From an uncultured virus (IMG/VR IMGVR_UViG_3300031182_000003) (lineage: Duplodnaviria; Heunggongvirae; Uroviricota; Caudoviricetes): a DNA stretch of 59,124 nucleotides. Each line of letters begins with the position of its first letter. Within the stretch, counting starts at the first letter, position 1. The position numbers and the translations under genes were made by a program. The notes beneath the pieces are model-generated. The model saw only the letters and a program-made list of their open reading frames with translations. It had not been told where the DNA came from and did not search any database. Shown here one piece after another: positions 56,201 to 59,124 of the stretch. The stretch lies in IMG/VR virus record IMGVR_UViG_3300031182_000003. One strand, given 5' to 3'.

Positions 56201-56734
56201 ATACGGACTACCGCTCGTATCCGTCCAGTTGATAATCAGCGAATTGTTGAGGTAGATTTTGACGTTTGCGTCCGTCAATTCGCACCTGAATTTGTAAACC
56301 GTCGAGGTGTTAAACACCGGATGCTCGGCATCGGCGACCATGATATGTTGGGTGCCAATGACTTTGTACAACCGGATGTTCCGCGTACCCCAATTCACGT
56401 AACCGCCATTGAACGTCAGGTAGTAAAACGAAAAGCGGTCGATATACCGCATGAAAAACCCAACTTCATAGTTCCCGGATCCGGCGGGTTGCAGATCAAC
56501 TTCAAAGTATGTATCGCCCAAGTTGATGTCGTCGGGATTGTAGCGGCCTGCGTAGGTTCCAAACGCACTCCGGTATTGCAACCATCCGTTGGCATCGAGC
56601 CCCCATGTCGCGCGGTTGTCGCTGTTGTAGTTGAACAAATACCACAGCGAGTTGATGGATTCGCCGCTCCAGAAGCGCTCGCCAACGTAGCTGGCGTCAC
56701 CAGAGACGGTCACGTCGAAATAGCGAGTTGCCAT
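50249..56734 (-). CDS. Giant multidomain virion/fibre protein (2161 aa): lectin-like domain, 4x FN3, five beta-sandwich modules, Big-1-like Ig domains
   Basis: Four P.N....SI.LTW..EDGF...GL...T.Y FN3 units; ILDEFGNPVVG and GANNEPLAG Ig motifs; repeated GxYTS / IRYRIxL motifs. Confidence 0.82.
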   Translation of the reverse strand: MATRYFDVTVSGDASYVGERFWSGESINSLWYLFNYNSDNRATWGLDANGWLQYRSAFGTYAGRYNPDDINLGDTYFEVDLQPAGSGNYEVGFFMRYIDRFSFYYLTFNGGYVNWGTRNIRLYKVIGTQHIMVADAEHPVFNTSTVYKFRCELTDANVKIYLNNSLIINWTDTSGSPYRQGAFGPWVRGQEFAKWRGFQAKTNSPVTLSTVLKDNNVTNAFYDAASAKLISMQSVSQILQPILDAFLSNVNYESFTWKSFRLSSSEPRVHVIFDRTEGANVTSDPASKIYAYQQLPTSPPLAPTNLVGQALGLNSIKLTWEHADDSEDGFHIYDDQGNLIATVAEDVLEYTETGLAESTTYKRVVVAFNAAGESAASNMVTITTASTIPIKPTNFQGTPISDRSILWTWNDNAFNETAYELITWDELGNIIVLVNDLPKGTSSYLETGLSPSTTYVRGVRARNSAGHSEPSNPFEVTTMDELPAPPMNAPVNFYGIGVSDTTIYWFWKDINHDEEGFELYDQHDNLIATIPANTEQYIETGLYSLNVYQRKIRAFNRGGKGPFTPLATAITLSDGRDQTGKPLPPMDLRAEVLDTTSVRLTWVYEEDEHFPAVGFKIFFGDGAFAAAVPKDLREHTISTLLPNTTYHMYIVAYNDNGDSLRSNTVEFTTPHVIPNIPDPIDPSDLEDPFYGISYDHEKEGMPKISAFQSGVGDGLDLVVRNIQSPAPNLEVFRYEVYITGEYQETIEGVTYNRIWESARSVGQLQEVVAGAVLKFTDRIPSPLFDLMWQEINAKTPISNYKLILTSTNPNVEITLEREVTNFFPEDSTFIELPMQARIINETQTAWYPSIHSGYYYLNQQEWFLYVDDRVRPRDGDIDEMYVMKFPYIIKAFGARHYDAQDFHFVDTTRADFLQGEVGEGITLDKEYGSICLKDDAAEGVFTSRIFRFGRPVTDWYPIEVIYDGEAASGGARFEVEVGASDYLGNVETWYPQTVGEPINLPETADKIRYRIKLYEGYRKDTEVPDYYFDSFLLGQGTRTRTIVVGNAVMIDNIATSADGMYITAPIHLGKNVDSLGTLRVTLDIPGTSDVKFFTVTFDDPNHNYRTPTAESPWIPASFVYDPDTKDYTIGISSAIKEYLAIIIQLTRGIAPGPTFTITPSNFDPSRAKNLIVAGDSIRLSNLTQEGMYTSQPVYVGDAANLAFSVQIEPDNAEYVVQSVFGATAQDVMNASMIESSWRNGIPSAPLQGWMMYRIKLKPSLVDCTSIHFMKDTYADFSSHSGRTNMSINTDGSISVIDKSMKATYTSEEIPVGILDKVLSIVLNGNGDWKNVKFFIQYKINGVWTHEHSYEIKETYLNGEASAVLPSLLNVNGTTHIRYRIEIEPSVPAHYNYVSVNYNKFKDGINNNMDIYPITAHGNPNYYSGVNVHGHSMNEKERWPYPDQGTYETPWFEVTSAEVSRPDVWIGGLNFEVDWDLFIQQAPYVRVEIQLENQDGVQSQWFVMEPPVHHHIGGNYQPKGYMMDLTSFPNARKARIRVHIRTGTKQLYEVNGPVLINYGSDVMKFNLNMYYGGRGTTRIDRISVNTSKCTPVTPILKSMAVVSNAYVGPKVSNIHVNPVLYELTRVVPKILEVRLGGHIKEGVALETYAVPMVGELIMDQKEYPITDKIVEDIVYDYLASRGVEFNDNFAFTDYHLQIDPVYPVQLRTNPRGTERVFARATQRAGDVLYQNIRIYFDKDDQSVVLKPIPQHGSPICIKNAAGVQLRQVHFRDDLGHPTLTNMEEPLVEHQRYLFLQYTGIDPRTLEVYAPNGEGWAQVEDVQLIENRVVLPSYFPSGTKFRVLYKLKDSFYVHYNYAPLEDYCQIKVHTSFDPNNDATRYLDIKYEVNKETAYYLAKEVDLNPLRSKINSGFIYLTDTVYPPFTLDVQFNPNTLYKGSEDKVIINAIILDEFGNPVVGEKADFSCNVGSIQVLKRISDQNGMVTALYIAPKSTKLSKATINISVISRDVSKQISKTVEVFFVEPYSVNKIAILPEKNMVELGDVVQLKVKVMGANNEPLAGRNVQMYTDQGVLEPEIGTTDERGELQVQYTYQPSDRRNIVVLSQDTVVEPVAGLNFTAEFEFVNRRLETDSTDGYVLIEAETYDNNLQPIREQILLGVSGV

Positions 56735-56745
56735 ACCAGCCCCTC

Positions 56746-57864
56746 CTACTCTTTGTATTTACTCCAGTTTAGGAAGCGGGCATCGTTAAAACTTGGGATG
56801 AATCCGTAGCCGCTCATCTTGGCATCGGCGATATCCCAAAACGATTCGTTCCATATGAATTGCCCCCACATTACGGGCACTTCGTTCGTTATCACGTCTA
56901 CATAGTATTGTAGCATCGGCGTTGCAAGACGGTCAATTGAGTACAGTTCCTCTTGGAAAGCGTAGTCACGCTTGTCAAAGAACTTGTGCATTTCCAGACC
57001 AGCGACAAATCGTACGTTGCGTATCCTTCCGAGATAGTTGAGGTCAGCCTTCAGGACAACACGCTCGGAGCGATCCATGTAGGTGTTTTCCACCGGCCAA
57101 GCCTGCCCGTCCACTTCAATTGAGTCAAGGACAATATTGGCGTGCTTGAGCGTAAGATCAACGCCGCCGTCCTGCCAGATCTCTTTGACGTACAGTCCGA
57201 GATCCCGGGCCAGCGAGTTCATCAGGCCACGGTAAGTCGAGTTTGCCGGATGCCGGAACACATCAAGCAGGCGCTCCTTGTATTCCCTGTTTCTCTCGCC
57301 ATACAAGCGCGGCGTATCAAGCAGAAGTCCAAATTCGTCAAAGAAGTTCCAGACGTGATGGATGCCGAGCGGAATGTTCGTCTCCAATACGATTTGACCT
57401 TCCGTGTTTTCCATCGTCAGCCGAATGTGGCCTTCCGGGTATTCGGCGGTGACGCCATACGCCTTGCGAACGTAGATCACCTTGCGCTCCCAATCAATGA
57501 AGTACGGATTATGGTAATAGATCTCCCTGTGATTAAGCCATTTGACATTCAGCCCGCGCAGGAACTCTTTCAGCGTAAGCACCTGAACCAGCTTCATGCC
57601 GTCGCCGACAAGCGTAATGCGATCCTCCGGCAAGAGGCTACTCGGGAGCGTCGCTTTGTACACGATATCCACTTGATTGATGTCGGCGGAGTCGATGTAT
57701 TGGTTGTCGAAGGCGTATTGCAGATAGAATTGAATGTCCTCGAATTGCAGGCCGAAGATGTTCAAAAATTGCGCTCCGATGCTGTTCTTGTCTTTGCGCA
57801 TCTTGAACCACCGAGGCAGTTCCTTCATGATGCTCGCGGTGATTTCGGAAAAGCGACTCTGCAT
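56746..57864 (-). CDS. Baseplate wedge-like protein
   Basis: FDEFGLLLDTPRLYGERNREYKERL wedge-type motif; LPRWF N-terminus. Confidence 0.62.
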   Translation of the reverse strand: MQSRFSEITASIMKELPRWFKMRKDKNSIGAQFLNIFGLQFEDIQFYLQYAFDNQYIDSADINQVDIVYKATLPSSLLPEDRITLVGDGMKLVQVLTLKEFLRGLNVKWLNHREIYYHNPYFIDWERKVIYVRKAYGVTAEYPEGHIRLTMENTEGQIVLETNIPLGIHHVWNFFDEFGLLLDTPRLYGERNREYKERLLDVFRHPANSTYRGLMNSLARDLGLYVKEIWQDGGVDLTLKHANIVLDSIEVDGQAWPVENTYMDRSERVVLKADLNYLGRIRNVRFVAGLEMHKFFDKRDYAFQEELYSIDRLATPMLQYYVDVITNEVPVMWGQFIWNESFWDIADAKMSGYGFIPSFNDARFLNWSKYKE

Positions 57865-57884
57865 GTTTATCCCTCCATAGGAAA

Positions 57885-57913
57885 ACTAGCAGGAGCAAAG
57901 AGCCCCTGCTAGT
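57885..57913 (-). terminator. Intra-cluster intrinsic terminator
   Basis: ACTAGCAGGGGC-TCTTT-GCTCCTGCTAGT followed by TTT on the minus strand. Confidence 0.65.
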
Positions 57914-58379
57914 GCATGTTCTCCCCGTGCCAATCCCGAGGATATTTCCTGATCGGTTTGCAATCGGGCTGAGGTGTGGGTTGTGGATTGTATCCAATGC
58001 CGTAAGCGCCAACTCCGGTCAGTACCTTATTGATACGCTGGCCGATTGTACCATCAATCGTCAGGCCGTCTCCTTCTTTGACCCGTTGATGACGGGTGCC
58101 GCGCGGCTCGCTTTCAATGACGCGATACTGGCGGGAGCCATCCCGGATATGCGTTGCGACAATAGCGCCAAGTGCAGGTTCTACGCTGATTGCGGTGATC
58201 GGATGTCGTACTTCAAAACCAAACAGTGAATCCGTCACCCATCCGGTCTTGTTCTTCGTCGTTTCGCGGAAGCTTATGACGTTTTGTTTCACCGGAATAT
58301 TTTGCGCCTCAATCGTTGCTTGCACTCGGGAGCCCGGAACAATATCCTCGTGAAGAAATCTTCCGCTATAGACAGCCAT
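57909..58379 (-). CDS. Hypothetical structural-region protein
   Basis: AAGGTGGTG RBS. Confidence 0.72.
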   Translation of the reverse strand: MAVYSGRFLHEDIVPGSRVQATIEAQNIPVKQNVISFRETTKNKTGWVTDSLFGFEVRHPITAISVEPALGAIVATHIRDGSRQYRVIESEPRGTRHQRVKEGDGLTIDGTIGQRINKVLTGVGAYGIGYNPQPTPQPDCKPIRKYPRDWHGENMH

Positions 58380-58393
58380 AAGGGATCACCACC

Positions 58394-59124
58394 TTACGCC
58401 ATCTTCAGAAGCAGAGCCGTACGAGGGAAGTTGTTTTGGCCTACGCCACGAGAGATGATGACTTTGTACCGCGTGCCGAGAACGTCGATTTCGTCGCCAT
58501 CGACCAGTTCGCCGGGATGCGTACCGTAAATGCCGTCGAGTTCGCCGCGAAGTCCTTCGTTTCCGTACCCAAAATGCAATGTTTCAAGGAAGTAGGTGTT
58601 CCCCCAAGACGGGTTCGCGGGCGACTGTACGGAGAACCAGTCGTAGTTCTGGTACATCGTATTGATGCTGTCCTGAAGCACCGTGATCTTGTTGTTAACG
58701 CCGCCGCTTTCGCTTTGTGCCTTGACAATACAGAGATGGTCATTCGGATCATAGCGAAGCGGCATCCCCAAGAAGATGACAGTGTTTTGCCAAGCCGAAA
58801 TCAGCTTGTCGCCCTGAACATGGATGATGACGCGGTCTTTCGTCACATTCACGTCGTAGCTGACGATCACATTTTCGTTCTGGATGGCGCTGTAGTAGTA
58901 GACATCCCAAGTTTGCAGGCTATCGAAGGCACCAGCCGTGTTGATTGCACCCGGCGTGTAATCCTTCGCCATACCTACCGTGAATCGCTGGCCGACCGTA
59001 TGTTCACGGAATACCAAGACAATCCGTTCGTTGCCGGACGAGCCGGTGGACGTGTAGACACCGTCGGTCGCAACCGAAGATTCCTTCACCCACCATGCCT
59101 GCGTTTCGCCCGGCTGAACCGCCG
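58394..59124 (-). CDS. Putative virion structural protein, 5'-partial
   Basis: Frame is open past the window edge; beta-rich; LRGELDGIY motif. Confidence 0.72.
   Translation of the reverse strand, partial: AVQPGETQAWWVKESSVATDGVYTSTGSSGNERIVLVFREHTVGQRFTVGMAKDYTPGAINTAGAFDSLQTWDVYYYSAIQNENVIVSYDVNVTKDRVIIHVQGDKLISAWQNTVIFLGMPLRYDPNDHLCIVKAQSESGGVNNKITVLQDSINTMYQNYDWFSVQSPANPSWGNTYFLETLHFGYGNEGLRGELDGIYGTHPGELVDGDEIDVLGTRYKVIISRGVGQNNFPRTALLLKMA

Larger units (their letters stand above)
1..59124. mobile_element. Segment of a large tailed phage/prophage (or phage-plasmid) of a spore-forming Bacillota host
   Basis: Dense operons of short hypothetical genes, phage-type replication and nucleotide enzymes, a phage sigma factor, holin-like genes and about 29 kb of tail/baseplate-like genes; no host housekeeping operons. 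Confidence 0.9.

Noticed and set aside
1..59124. Stop-codon reassignment
   Set aside because: Coding density is high under the standard code and TAA, TAG and TGA all end well-coupled genes
1..59124. tRNA, rRNA, riboswitch, IS or integrase/att site
   Set aside because: Intergenic gaps are short and no such motifs were recognised by eye; tRNAscan-SE/Infernal would be needed to exclude them formally

Overview
A 59-kb slice of a large (jumbo-scale) tailed phage, prophage or phage-plasmid of an endospore-forming Bacillota host. The host assignment rests on strong Firmicutes-type GGAGG RBSs and sigma-A and sporulation-type promoter motifs. The window has four parts. (1) 1-12.2 kb, + strand: replication and nucleotide-metabolism genes (DnaG primase fragment, guanylate-kinase-like protein, Hjc-type resolvase, class II RNR, divergent ThyX, HNH, truncated MTase). 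(2) 12.2-19.06 kb: an island bounded by two bidirectional terminators. It holds PadR and RHH-like regulators behind back-to-back sigmaF-like and sigmaE-like promoters, plus a minimal conjugation-like operon (VirB2-like pilin, VirB6-like protein, 43-aa membrane peptide, VirD4/TraG-like ATPase, Replic_Relax/MOB_C relaxase). No VirB4 or cell-wall hydrolase is seen in the window. (3) 19.06-29.6 kb, - strand: a sigma-A-driven recombination/replication operon (Sak/Rad52, AEP primase, DnaB-type helicase, HAD nucleotidase, Cas4-like protein, RuvC, sigma factor). (4) 29.6-59.1 kb, - strand: holin-like genes and a large tail/baseplate/fibre cluster with FN3, Ig, vWA and repeat-rich proteins. The best candidate for an undescribed system is the sporulation-promoter-associated mini-T4SS/relaxase island, possibly moving phage DNA between mother cell and forespore. 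The second is a 2161-aa virion protein whose five beta-sandwich domains appear nested Russian-doll style. All family assignments come from motif recognition by eye; no searches were run. No tRNA, rRNA, CRISPR array or IS element was recognised.
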